A stretch of 64,000 bases of DNA. It comes from a virus. Lineage: Duplodnaviria > Caudoviricetes. The translations under genes and the position numbers were made by a program. Position 1 is the first letter of the stretch. Every line of letters starts with the position of its first letter. The notes below the pieces were generated by a model, which did no database searches, was not told where the DNA came from, and saw nothing but the letters and a program-made list of their open reading frames with translations. The DNA lies in the IMG/VR virus record IMGVR_UViG_2866816733_000004, positions 40,491 to 104,490 of that record; one strand, given 5' to 3'. This document shows, one piece after another, positions 1 through 9,082 of this stretch.

Positions 1-2
1 AG

Positions 3-1847
3 TTCGATCAAACCGAGCTCGGCGGATACCTGAAGAGCGCTGAGGAGACGATCCGGCACATCGCGACGGTGTCACAGACCCCACCCCACAACCTCCTCGG
101 GCAGATGGCCAATTTGCCTCTGGCGCTCGACACGCCTGTTTTGTCACCCCACGGCCGTAGGGTGATGGGTGTGTTGAAGCCGGGTGATGAGGTATTTGCT
201 CCTGACGGAAGCGTGGTCAGAGTCAAGGCTGTGTCGCCGGTGTTCCACGACCACGAGTGCTATCGAATGCGGTTCGACGATGGTACTGAGGTGGTCGCTG
301 ACGCTCAGCACCGCTGGACGACGACGCACTTTGTGAACCCGGCCAATCCGTATGGCCCGGCAAGGCATCTCACGTGCCCGGAATGCGGTTGGGTTCCGCG
401 AGCCCGGAAGGCGCCAGCGCGTGGAGTCGCGCTCCACAGGTCCCGCTCGCACGGAATCTCCGCAGTGGCGGCGCCCAAGGGGGGTGCTCGCGAGACGTCG
501 GTTGTGACGACCGCCCAGATCGCTGCCAGCCTGCGCACGTCGATGGGGACGTACAACCACTTCATTCCGGTTGCCAAGCCATGGGACGGGCCTGAGCGGG
601 ACTACAGCATCGACCCGTATGCGCTGGGGGTCTTCCTTGGTGATGGCGACCATATCCACGGCGCGATCACCAGCCACAAAGATGACGCGGAGGAGATGGC
701 CGCTCACCTACGTGCCTGCGGCGAGTTCGTTGATGTCTGTCCCTATGCTGACGGCAGCGATAGGCGCTACATCCGGATCCGTAATGACCGGGAGCGTTGC
801 CCCTACGGTCACGAACGTCCCCGCGGAACGCGTTCGGACACTGCGCGGTGCCACGAGTGCCGACGCATACGTGACCGTGGCGACTCAGAGACTCGGATCA
901 GGGTCAACTCGACATTCAGATGGCGCTTCATGGCCCTGGACCTTCGACGGAACAAGCACATCCCGGAGGAGTACTTCCGTGGCTCCTTGAAGCAGCGCCT
1001 CGCCCTGCTCCAAGGGCTGATGGACACCGACGGGACTGTGAACCGCGGGCAAGGGTCGGTTGCAATCACCTTGCACGACGAGCGGCTGGCGCGCGACCTC
1101 TACCGGCTAGTCTGCTCTTTGGGGCACAAGGTAGTCCTCCGCGAACGCCCGTGGACGTCGAAGCAACTCGTTAAGTCGGGTATCTGCTGGCGTATGACAT
1201 GGGCAGCACCTGACATAGTCTTCCGCCTGGCGCGGAAGGTGGCGTTGCAGCGTACCGACTTCGGTGATGGTGACGGTGACGGGAAATCCAACAGCCCGTT
1301 CCGGCGCTACGTTGTCGCTTGCGACCTCATACCTTCGGTCCCAGTCCGCTGTATCACCGTGGACTCTGACGATCACCAGTTCTGTGTAACTGATTCCTTT
1401 GTCCCGACCTGCAACTCAGCTGAAGCTTTGAACGCCGCGCGTGACGGGTTGAACTCTAAGGTCGCCGAGCGGAAGAGCACGACGGGGGAGTCGCATGAGC
1501 AGACGCTTAGGCTCGCGTCGCTAGCTGCTGGGGACCAGGCGGGCTGGAGGGACACCGCAGCGCAGGTCGTGTGGCGCGACACTGAGTCCCGAAGCCTGGC
1601 GCAGACGGTTGATGCGCTCGGGAAGCTCGTGCAGATGCTGGGTGTACCTCCCGAGGTGCTCTGGGAGCGGATCCCGAACGTCACCCAGCAGGACGTGGAG
1701 CGGTGGAAGGCCGCGGCAGAGAAGGGTGACGCGATCGGCCAGCTCAACAAGATCGTCGCGAAGCAGACCGGTCGGGTCGCTGAGCTGACCGCAGCCGCGA
1801 CAAGCCCCGCGCCGGTGGCGGCGGCGAACGGTGCCGTCCCAGGCTGA
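3..1847 (+). CDS. Phage portal protein (5'-truncated by window) containing an intein
   Basis: Open frame from position 3 (FDQTELGGYLKSAEETIRHIATVSQTPPHNLLGQMANL); exteins rejoin as the actinophage portal motif ANL|SAEALNAA; WRDTESRSLAQTVDALGKL; lies upstream of head genes. Confidence 0.88.
   Translation, partial: FDQTELGGYLKSAEETIRHIATVSQTPPHNLLGQMANLPLALDTPVLSPHGRRVMGVLKPGDEVFAPDGSVVRVKAVSPVFHDHECYRMRFDDGTEVVADAQHRWTTTHFVNPANPYGPARHLTCPECGWVPRARKAPARGVALHRSRSHGISAVAAPKGGARETSVVTTAQIAASLRTSMGTYNHFIPVAKPWDGPERDYSIDPYALGVFLGDGDHIHGAITSHKDDAEEMAAHLRACGEFVDVCPYADGSDRRYIRIRNDRERCPYGHERPRGTRSDTARCHECRRIRDRGDSETRIRVNSTFRWRFMALDLRRNKHIPEEYFRGSLKQRLALLQGLMDTDGTVNRGQGSVAITLHDERLARDLYRLVCSLGHKVVLRERPWTSKQLVKSGICWRMTWAAPDIVFRLARKVALQRTDFGDGDGDGKSNSPFRRYVVACDLIPSVPVRCITVDSDDHQFCVTDSFVPTCNSAEALNAARDGLNSKVAERKSTTGESHEQTLRLASLAAGDQAGWRDTAAQVVWRDTESRSLAQTVDALGKLVQMLGVPPEVLWERIPNVTQQDVERWKAAAEKGDAIGQLNKIVAKQTGRVAELTAAATSPAPVAAANGAVPG
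117..1415 (+). mobile_element. Class 3 intein (433 aa) with LAGLIDADG homing endonuclease
   Basis: Block A PLALDTPV, block B ADAQHRW, LAGLIDADG motifs PYALGVFLGDG and LLQGLMDTDG, block F VRCITVD, block G VPTCN followed by Ser+1. Confidence 0.9.
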
Positions 1848-2880
1848 GCAGGCGGCGCTCACCGCCGCCTATGTCGCCGAGCAGAGGCTGCTGGCGGCGT
1901 CGCTGTCCCGTGACCTGGTGCTGCTTGTACGGCAGATCTTCAGCGTCGCTGATCCGGGGCAGTCGTGGCCGACGACGAAGCTGGCACTCGACACGCTTAT
2001 ACGGGAGCGGCGCCGCCAGTCAGCGAACCTGGCAGCGCGCTACTACGTCGACCTGCGGCAGCTGGCTGTCCCGCAGTCACCGCTGAGGCGCGAGGCGGCG
2101 ATCTACGAGGCGCGCAGGCGCCAGTTCCGACCAGAGGTGCGCGTGGATCCCGGAACGGGACTCGTACACACCCGGCTCGCGTCCGCCGCCGAAGTCTCGG
2201 AGGCGACTCGGACCATTGAGGCTCCTCTGCCTGAACAGCCTCGCCCAGAGGGTGCGCCTGCCGAACTGGACGGTTTCGCGGACATCAGCGAGGAAGACGC
2301 GTGGGCGGAACTGGAGAAAATCGCACCGATCACGCTTGAGGACATCGAAGAGCTCGACGAGGATCGGGTCGACGCGAACCTCAACGCCACGGGGGTCGCC
2401 TCCTACAAGAAGGCGATCCGGGCGGGGCAGCCCCCGGAGAGGGCCCGCGACACCATGGCGGTCAACCTGGCGGGGTCGGCGGCCACGCTGGCCCTTGAGG
2501 GCGGACGCGAAACCATCCGCAGCGCCGTCCTGGGCGACGACGAAGCCATCGGCTGGGCGCGTGTTACCGACGCCGACCCGTGTGCTTTCTGCGCGATGCT
2601 CGCTTCCCGCGGCGCCGTCTACCGGTCCAGGCAGACCGCGGGCGGGGCGAAGAACAAGCAGTTCGAGGGCGAAGGAATGTTCAAGTTCCACAATCATGAC
2701 GGCTGCTCCGCGGTCCCGGTCTTTGACGCCGATGATCCCGTCCTCGAGGAAGCCGAACGGCTGTACGACAAGTGGCTTGAGGTCACCCGCGCAGCTCCAG
2801 GCGAGAAGATGATCGACGCGTGGACGAAGTACTGGGATAACCGTGAAGACAAACCCAGACCCGAAACAGCCACCGGGTGA
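1831..2880 (+). CDS. MuF-like minor head protein / capsid maturation protein
   Basis: GWARVTDADPCAFCAMLASRGAVY and FHNHDGC motifs; follows portal. Confidence 0.75.
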   Translation: MPSQAEQAALTAAYVAEQRLLAASLSRDLVLLVRQIFSVADPGQSWPTTKLALDTLIRERRRQSANLAARYYVDLRQLAVPQSPLRREAAIYEARRRQFRPEVRVDPGTGLVHTRLASAAEVSEATRTIEAPLPEQPRPEGAPAELDGFADISEEDAWAELEKIAPITLEDIEELDEDRVDANLNATGVASYKKAIRAGQPPERARDTMAVNLAGSAATLALEGGRETIRSAVLGDDEAIGWARVTDADPCAFCAMLASRGAVYRSRQTAGGAKNKQFEGEGMFKFHNHDGCSAVPVFDADDPVLEEAERLYDKWLEVTRAAPGEKMIDAWTKYWDNREDKPRPETATG

Positions 2881-3298
2881 ACGGATCCTGGTGTGCGGGC
2901 CGCCCGCGGCCGGGAAATCGACCTGGGTGCGCAGCCAGGCGCGTCCCGGTGACCAGGTCATCGACTTCGACGCGTTGTGTCGTACCCTCGGGTCCCGGTC
3001 GCATCACGATCACCCGCCGCACGTCCGTGCGCTCGCCAAGTCAATGCGCCGCAGCCTCGAAGAGCAGGCCACAACGCATCCCGGCCGCACGTTCGTGATC
3101 CGATCCCTCGCAGACCCTTCCGACCGCGCCGCCGTCGCTGAACGGCTCGGCGCCCGTGTGGTCATGTTCGCTGTCCCCGCTGCGGAGGCGCTTGAGCGCG
3201 CCCGCGGCGACAACCGGCCTGAGTGGACCGATCAGGCGATCCGTTCCTGGTGGGACCGGTACCGGCCGTCTCCGGCCGACGAATCACCCGAGACCTGA
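2843..3298 (+). CDS. Small P-loop NTPase/kinase (AAA_33-like)
   Basis: ILVCGPPAAGKSTW Walker A, VIDFD. Confidence 0.7.
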   Translation: MKTNPDPKQPPGERILVCGPPAAGKSTWVRSQARPGDQVIDFDALCRTLGSRSHHDHPPHVRALAKSMRRSLEEQATTHPGRTFVIRSLADPSDRAAVAERLGARVVMFAVPAAEALERARGDNRPEWTDQAIRSWWDRYRPSPADESPET

Positions 3299-3320
3299 CG
3301 CGGCATCGCCTGCGTCTGGA

Positions 3321-3419
3321 GCCGTCCCGACGTGGGCGGTTTTTCATGCCCGGACGCCGACATGGCGCCGGGCCCGCAACACCACGCGGCCCCGGCATGG
3401 GGTCGGTCCCGACATGGGA
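3321..3419 (+). promoter_or_regulatory. Four tandem hairpins with G(A/G)C(A/G)T loops in the scaffold-gene leader
   Basis: Stems at 3321-3340, 3348-3373, 3387-3405, 3407-3419; the last sequesters the GGGAG RBS. Confidence 0.55.
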
Positions 3420-3425
3420 GACGCA

Positions 3426-4046
3426 TTGTCCGAGAACGCCCCCGAGCCTGTCGCGCCCGCTGAACCGGCGCAGCCGGCAGAGCCCGCCACCGAGCCCGCG
3501 CCAGCACAACCCGGCGAGGTCGAGCAGCCGTCCACCGACCCCGGCAAGGGCGAGGAGAAGGACTGGGAGGCCGAGGCCGCCAAGTGGAAGAGCATGGCCC
3601 GCAAGCACGAAACCGAGGCCAAGAAGAACGCCACCGCGGCGCAGAAATACGCCGAGTGGGAGGACACCCAGAAGTCCGAGCAGCAGCGGCTTGCCGACAG
3701 GGTCGCCGCCGCTGAGGCCGAACGGGACGACGCTCGCCGCAGCCACGCCCAGCTCATGGCCGCGGCAACGCACAACGTCCCTCCGTCGCTCATCGACCGG
3801 ATCGGCGGATCGACTGCCGACGAGATCAACGAGTCGGCGGAGGCGCTGGCCGCTGAGATCACCCGCCTGGTGCAGGAACGCGCGTCTGGGATCGCTCCAG
3901 CGCCTGCACCGGCGCCGGAGCCCAAGTCGGCTCCGGCCGCGACGCGGCCAGTGGAATCGCTAACACCCGGTGCGCGACCGGCAAACGAGGCACCTGCTGA
4001 CCCCAACGAGGCGTTCCGCAGCTTCTTGACGAGCCGCCGCACCTGA
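3426..4046 (+). CDS. Capsid scaffolding protein
   Basis: GGAG RBS before TTG 3426 (alternative ATG 3414); DWEAEAAKWKSMARKHE and KSEQQR motifs; immediately upstream of capsid. Confidence 0.8.
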   Translation: MSENAPEPVAPAEPAQPAEPATEPAPAQPGEVEQPSTDPGKGEEKDWEAEAAKWKSMARKHETEAKKNATAAQKYAEWEDTQKSEQQRLADRVAAAEAERDDARRSHAQLMAAATHNVPPSLIDRIGGSTADEINESAEALAAEITRLVQERASGIAPAPAPAPEPKSAPAATRPVESLTPGARPANEAPADPNEAFRSFLTSRRT

Positions 4047-4123
4047 TCACTGACCGCAGCTACCGGATCCTGCATGCCACGGGGCCCGGGGCCGCTGCAT
4101 ACCTGAAAGTGAGGTAACGCCCC

Positions 4124-5086
4124 GTGGCCTACAACGACATCATCAGCCGGGACGCGTCCAACGACCCGCTGATCCCGACCCCGGTCTCCGCGCAGATCCT
4201 GCAGGAGATGCCGACCGAGTCGTTCATCCTGCAGCGGGCCGGCCAGGTCCGCATGTCCACAAAGTCTCAGCGGCAGCCGGTCCTGGACGTGCTTCCTCGC
4301 GCCTACTGGGTGTCGGGCGACACCGGCCTGAAGCAGACCAGCGCGGTCGACTGGAAGAACGTGACCCTGGTCGCCGAAGAACTCGCGGTGATCGTCCCGA
4401 TCCCCGAGGCATATCTCGACGACGCGCAGGTCCCAATCTGGGATGAGGTCCGACCCCGGATCGTGGAAGCGCTCGGCAAGGCGATCGACTCGGCCTGCCT
4501 GTTCGGAGTCGACAAGCCCTCCTCATGGCCGGCCGACATCTACTCCTCCGTGGTCGCGGCCGGTAACACGGTCCGGATCGGCACGGGAGAGGACTTCGGC
4601 GTCGACGTCGCAAACCTCGGCGAGAAGATCGCCAAGGACGGCTTCGCCGTCAACGGGTTCGCATCACGGCCTGGCCTGAAGTGGAAGCTGGTGGGGCTCC
4701 GTTCCACGGACGGGATCCCAATCTACCAGCCGGACCTGCAGAACGGCGGCGGCGGAAACCTATACGGATACGGCCTGTCGGAAGTCATCAACGGATCCTG
4801 GGACTCCGACGAGGCCGAACTGATCGCTGGCGACTGGTCCAAGTGCGTGATCGGCATGCGGCAGGACATGAGCTGGAAGACCTTCACCGAGGGCGTCATC
4901 TCTGACGCCGACGGCAAGGTCATCCTGAACCTCATGCAGCAGGACTCGATGGCGCTGCGAGTCGTCATGCGGCTGGGATACGCGACGTCCAACCCTGTGA
5001 CGGCGCTGAACACCGACGCCAACACTCGCTTCCCGTTCGGCGCGGTCCAGGCGGCCACCGCCGACAACGTCGCCGGCTCGGCCTGA
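4124..5086 (+). CDS. Major capsid protein (HK97 fold)
   Basis: GAGGT RBS; AYWVSGDTGLKQT, AEELAVIVPIPE, NLMQQDSMALRVVMRLG. Confidence 0.92.
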   Translation: MAYNDIISRDASNDPLIPTPVSAQILQEMPTESFILQRAGQVRMSTKSQRQPVLDVLPRAYWVSGDTGLKQTSAVDWKNVTLVAEELAVIVPIPEAYLDDAQVPIWDEVRPRIVEALGKAIDSACLFGVDKPSSWPADIYSSVVAAGNTVRIGTGEDFGVDVANLGEKIAKDGFAVNGFASRPGLKWKLVGLRSTDGIPIYQPDLQNGGGGNLYGYGLSEVINGSWDSDEAELIAGDWSKCVIGMRQDMSWKTFTEGVISDADGKVILNLMQQDSMALRVVMRLGYATSNPVTALNTDANTRFPFGAVQAATADNVAGSA

Positions 5087-5166
5087 CCCGACCGTCTTAC
5101 GATGCCCGCTGGGCGGCATGATCCTTCGCGGCCTCTCGCCGCCCAGCTGGCAGCGGGGAGGACAAC

Positions 5167-6162
5167 ATGCGGGTCATGGCGATGATCCCCGACTACCCGC
5201 CCCGCGGGGTCGGGTCATGGGTCATGACACACAACCTGCTGAGGGCACTGGTGGAGCGCGGCCACCAGGCCGACGTGGTTCTGTCGGCGGCCGATGGCGA
5301 CCCCTACGAGCTCGACGGAGTGCGGGTCTGGCCGCTGGTGGACAAGTCGGACCCGTTCCGATTCATTGACGACGCCCATGTCATCGTCGCGCACGTTGAG
5401 AGCGCAAGCCGGGCGCTGATGCTAGGAGAGATCCGCGGTGTGCCGGTCGCGCAGATCGCGCACAACGCCAACGCGTTCACTGAGGCGGCGCTGCGGAAAC
5501 GCCCGGCCAGCCTCACGGTGTTCAACTCTGTGCAGGTGTCGGAGAAGCTGGCGGGGCTGTGCTGCCGATCCATCATTGTGCGGCCACCCGTCCGCGCCGA
5601 GGACTACGAAACCGTCCCCGGCGGTGCCGTCACACTGATCAATCTCAGTGAAGACAAGGGCGCCGAGACGTTCTACCAGCTCGCCGAACGCCTCCCTAAG
5701 ACGGCGTTCTTGGGTGTCCGGGGAGGCTACGGCGTTCAGGTGCTCCCGCGCGGACCTGAGGACCTCCCGAACGTGGAGATCCTCGGACACGTCCGGCCGG
5801 ACCAGATGCGGGACCGGGTGTACGCCCGCACCCGGGTCCTGCTGATGCCGTCGGCTCACGAATCGTGGGGCCGCACCGGTGTGGAAGCGATGACCAGCGG
5901 CATTCCCGTGCTCGCGCATCCAGCTCCGGGACTGCGCGAGTCGCTCGGCGCCGCTGGCACATTCGTCGACCGCGACGACCTTGACGGTTGGGAGCGGTCG
6001 TTGCGGCTTCTGCTGGACGGGCGCCGCTGGCGTGCGGCGTCCCGGCGGGCGAAGGCGCGGGCAGTGGAACTCGACCCCACGGCGGACCTGGACCGGTGGT
6101 GCACCGAGATCGAAGCCCTCGGCCGGAGGAGGCTGCGTGTCCGCTCTCGCGTCGCAGGCTGA
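5167..6162 (+). CDS. Glycosyltransferase family 4 (GT-B)
   Basis: GGAGG RBS; LVERGHQADV, LLMPSAHESWGRTGVEAMTSGIPVLA (E-x7-E motif). Confidence 0.88.
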   Translation: MRVMAMIPDYPPRGVGSWVMTHNLLRALVERGHQADVVLSAADGDPYELDGVRVWPLVDKSDPFRFIDDAHVIVAHVESASRALMLGEIRGVPVAQIAHNANAFTEAALRKRPASLTVFNSVQVSEKLAGLCCRSIIVRPPVRAEDYETVPGGAVTLINLSEDKGAETFYQLAERLPKTAFLGVRGGYGVQVLPRGPEDLPNVEILGHVRPDQMRDRVYARTRVLLMPSAHESWGRTGVEAMTSGIPVLAHPAPGLRESLGAAGTFVDRDDLDGWERSLRLLLDGRRWRAASRRAKARAVELDPTADLDRWCTEIEALGRRRLRVRSRVAG

Positions 6163-6754
6163 CATTGAACGGCGCCTCGGACGGGGACTCACCGCGCCCG
6201 AGGCCGCACGAGTTGCTGCGCTTCTGGACGACGCTTCGGCGCTGGTCCGCGCCTACACAGGGCAGGCGTTCGAACTGGTCGAGGACGATGAGGTGGTGCT
6301 GCGCGCGTCCGGCGGGGCCATCGTCCTGCCGCAGCGGCCCGTTTCGGCGGTCTCGTCTGTGGTCGCGGTCGGAGGGTCTGAAGCCCTTCCCGACTTCACC
6401 GTTGTGGACTGGATGTTCGACGAGATCGACACGATCCGGATTGGTGAGGGTGCCTGCGTCATCAACCTGCCCGAGGTGTGGTGGGACGACGACGGCTACC
6501 CCGGCACTTACCGGGTCACCTACTCCCACGGCTACGCGGCGGTGCCCGGCGATGTGCTGAGCGTCGTGTGCGGGGTCCTGATGCGGTCTTTCGGGAACCC
6601 GCAAGGGTTGCGGAGCGAGACGGTCGGGTCGTACTCCATCACCTACGCGGTCCCCGCCACCGGCGAAGCCCTCGGCCTCAACCTGACCCGCTACGAGCAG
6701 AGGGCCCTGGACCGGTACCGGCGGAAGGCCGCCACGATCAGGGTGACCCGCTGA
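6137..6754 (+). CDS. Head-to-tail adaptor
   Basis: LASQADIERRLGR...LLDDASALVRAY, YSHGY, NPQGLRSETVGSYS. Confidence 0.8.
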   Translation: MSALASQADIERRLGRGLTAPEAARVAALLDDASALVRAYTGQAFELVEDDEVVLRASGGAIVLPQRPVSAVSSVVAVGGSEALPDFTVVDWMFDEIDTIRIGEGACVINLPEVWWDDDGYPGTYRVTYSHGYAAVPGDVLSVVCGVLMRSFGNPQGLRSETVGSYSITYAVPATGEALGLNLTRYEQRALDRYRRKAATIRVTR

Positions 6755-7068
6755 TGCTCGGCCCGCACACCGTCACGGTTCGACGCCCGGCAGGCAGGGA
6801 CGGGTGGGGGAACACTGTCGCCGGCGCCGCCGAGACCCCTGTCCCCGGATGCTTCTGGCAGCCGGTGTCGACCGATGAGCAGCTCAACGCCGCGGACACC
6901 GTCACCGTCGTCGCCCGGGTGTTCATGCCACCCGCAGCGGACGTGAAGGCCACTGACCGCATCCGGTTCGAGGGCCGCGACTACGCCATCGAGGGACGCC
7001 CCGAACTGCACCACACCCCAGCAGGCCCGCACCACTACGAGGTCAACCTCAAAGAGATCGAGGGGTGA
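6754..7068 (+). CDS. Head-to-tail stopper
   Basis: TGATG coupling; DVKATDRIRFEGRDYAIEGRP; synteny. Confidence 0.75.
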   Translation: MLGPHTVTVRRPAGRDGWGNTVAGAAETPVPGCFWQPVSTDEQLNAADTVTVVARVFMPPAADVKATDRIRFEGRDYAIEGRPELHHTPAGPHHYEVNLKEIEG

Positions 7069-7072
7069 ACCG

Positions 7073-7387
7073 ATGGCCAGTGCCAAGATCCGCTACGAGA
7101 TGAACTTCGCGGGCCTCGGCAAGATCATGAGGGGGAAGCAGATGGAGGCGATGCTGCGCGGCGAAGCCCAGAAGGGCAAGCAGTACGCCGAACTCATCGC
7201 CCCCGTCGAGACCGGCGACTACAAGTCACGGTTCCGGGTGTCGTCGGCGCCACGCGGCGCCGGCCGGTGGGCAGACCGCGCCGCCGGCTACCTCCACAAC
7301 GACTCCGACCATGCCCTGCATGTGGAGTACACCGACGACTACCGGACCCTCGGTGTCGTCGCCAGCATCATCGAAACCGGCCTCTGA
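7073..7387 (+). CDS. HK97 gp10-like neck protein
   Basis: APVETGDYK, HALHVEY; synteny. Confidence 0.65.
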   Translation: MASAKIRYEMNFAGLGKIMRGKQMEAMLRGEAQKGKQYAELIAPVETGDYKSRFRVSSAPRGAGRWADRAAGYLHNDSDHALHVEYTDDYRTLGVVASIIETGL

Positions 7388-7388
7388 C

Positions 7389-7781
7389 GTGCCGGTCCTC
7401 GCCGCGTGGCCACCCGCCGCGCGGATCGTCGGAGCGGTCGTCGACGACGTCGGAACGGTGGTCGGGGAGACCGGAACCGACCTCCTCGTCCTGCTGCAGG
7501 GCGGGCAGCGTGTGATCCGCGTCAGGCGGATCGGCGGCACCGACGACCGCGTCACTGACATCGCCCGGATCGACGTCCGCGTGTACGCGGTCGACCTGTC
7601 GAACGCGGAGGTCGGCTCGGAGTCAGTGCGGCAGTGCCTGCTGTCCGGGCCGGTCGCGACGGCCCATGGTGTCCTCGACCGCGCCGAGACCGAGGTCGGC
7701 CCGCAAGAGGTGCCGAGCCCGGACCCGGAGAACTACCGCGTCGTGTCCGCCACCTACCGGGTCAGCGTGCGACGCCGCTGA
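7389..7781 (+). CDS. Tail terminator
   Basis: IRVRRIGGTDDRVTDIARIDVRVYA; lies before major tail. Confidence 0.7.
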   Translation: MPVLAAWPPAARIVGAVVDDVGTVVGETGTDLLVLLQGGQRVIRVRRIGGTDDRVTDIARIDVRVYAVDLSNAEVGSESVRQCLLSGPVATAHGVLDRAETEVGPQEVPSPDPENYRVVSATYRVSVRRR

Positions 7782-7862
7782 CCTTCTTCTCTCGACTAGG
7801 CCCGCCAGCCTGTCCAGCCCCGCAAGCGGGGCCATTCGTGTCCCGCAAAGAGAGGGATCCTC

Positions 7863-8534
7863 GTGGCTGGTTCTGCCTACGACGACATTCAGCAGCGGAA
7901 CGCCGCGCTGATCTTCAAGGCCCTGCAGGGGTCGGTGTTCACCGCGCCGTCCACCGCAGCGGCCATCACCAACCTCACCGACTCCGGTGACAAGCTCCTG
8001 AAGGCGCTGCCCACCGGATACGAGGATGTCGGCTGGACGTCCGATGACGGCGCCCAGTTCGGCCGCGACGTCGACACTTCCGACATCACCGGCTGGGGCA
8101 GCGTGGAGCCGCTGCGGTCCGACGTCAACTCCGATGTGACGACGTTGCAGATCGCGTGCCTGGAGACCAAGAAGGCCACAATCGGGCTGTACACGGGCGC
8201 GGACATGGCCGCTGCGACCCCGGATCCTGTGTCCGGTGAGCTCAGCATCGAGAAGCCGGCCCGTCCCTCGTTCCGCTACTACCGGGTCATCGCGATTGCG
8301 GTGGACCTCACCGACGACGGCGAATACTACGTCGCACGGTTCCTCCCGCGCGCCCGCGTCACCGACTTCGATGAGCAGGCGATGCAGTCCAGCGACGACA
8401 GCCCTCTGACCTGGGCCGTCACCCTCACCTCGTACCAGGACGCCACGCTCGGCTACAGCGAGCGGTACATCTTCGGTGGGCCGGGCTGGGCGACGCGCTT
8501 GGCCTCGATGGGCTTCGACGCCCTCGCCAGCTGA
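7863..8534 (+). CDS. Major tail (tube) protein
   Basis: GYEDVGWTSDDG, ITGWGSVEPLRSD, LETKK. Confidence 0.85.
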   Translation: MAGSAYDDIQQRNAALIFKALQGSVFTAPSTAAAITNLTDSGDKLLKALPTGYEDVGWTSDDGAQFGRDVDTSDITGWGSVEPLRSDVNSDVTTLQIACLETKKATIGLYTGADMAAATPDPVSGELSIEKPARPSFRYYRVIAIAVDLTDDGEYYVARFLPRARVTDFDEQAMQSSDDSPLTWAVTLTSYQDATLGYSERYIFGGPGWATRLASMGFDALAS

Positions 8535-8613
8535 TCGTCGCGGCGGCCGGGCAGAGCTGGCGGGCCCCCGGCCGCCGCGACATCCAGGCCCGCCGCCGAG
8601 CCAGGAGAAGCCG

Positions 8614-8787
8614 ATGGCGTCCACGCCTGCCTACCCGGTGTACCGCAGCCCCGACGGCAAGTCGGAACAGATCGCGTCTACGCCAGCGCGGGAGGTGCAG
8701 CTCAAGCATGCCGGGTGGCGCAAGGTCACCCAGCCCAGGAGGAAGACCGATGCCCGCCAGCATAAGCCCGCGCCCGCGGGCGAGTAG
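8614..8787 (+). CDS. Small hypothetical phage protein
   Basis: AGGAG RBS, 57-aa ORF between tail tube and chaperone. Confidence 0.5.
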   Translation: MASTPAYPVYRSPDGKSEQIASTPAREVQLKHAGWRKVTQPRRKTDARQHKPAPAGE

Positions 8788-8806
8788 ATCACGGAAGGCC
8801 CGCCGC

Positions 8807-9082
8807 ATGCCCAGCAAGAAGTACCAGCTCGACAAGTACCGCAACGAGGCTGTGAAGCCCGACTTCGAAATCGTGGTCGACGCGGAGACCAGCATCCTCA
8901 TCAGGATGCCGACGGTGGATGAGGTCATCGACCTCAACGACATCACCGACATCCGCGCGCAGCTGCAGATCCTGGCGAAGGACCAGTACGAACGGCTGAT
9001 GGAGGTCATCAGCGACGACCCGGGCGCGATGCTGCAGCCGCTGATGAACGACATGCTGAAGCACTTCGGCCTGGGGAAATAA
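8807..9082 (+). CDS. Tail assembly chaperone (G)
   Basis: Position before tape measure; ends in slippery GGGGAAA-TAA. Confidence 0.8.
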   Translation: MPSKKYQLDKYRNEAVKPDFEIVVDAETSILIRMPTVDEVIDLNDITDIRAQLQILAKDQYERLMEVISDDPGAMLQPLMNDMLKHFGLGK

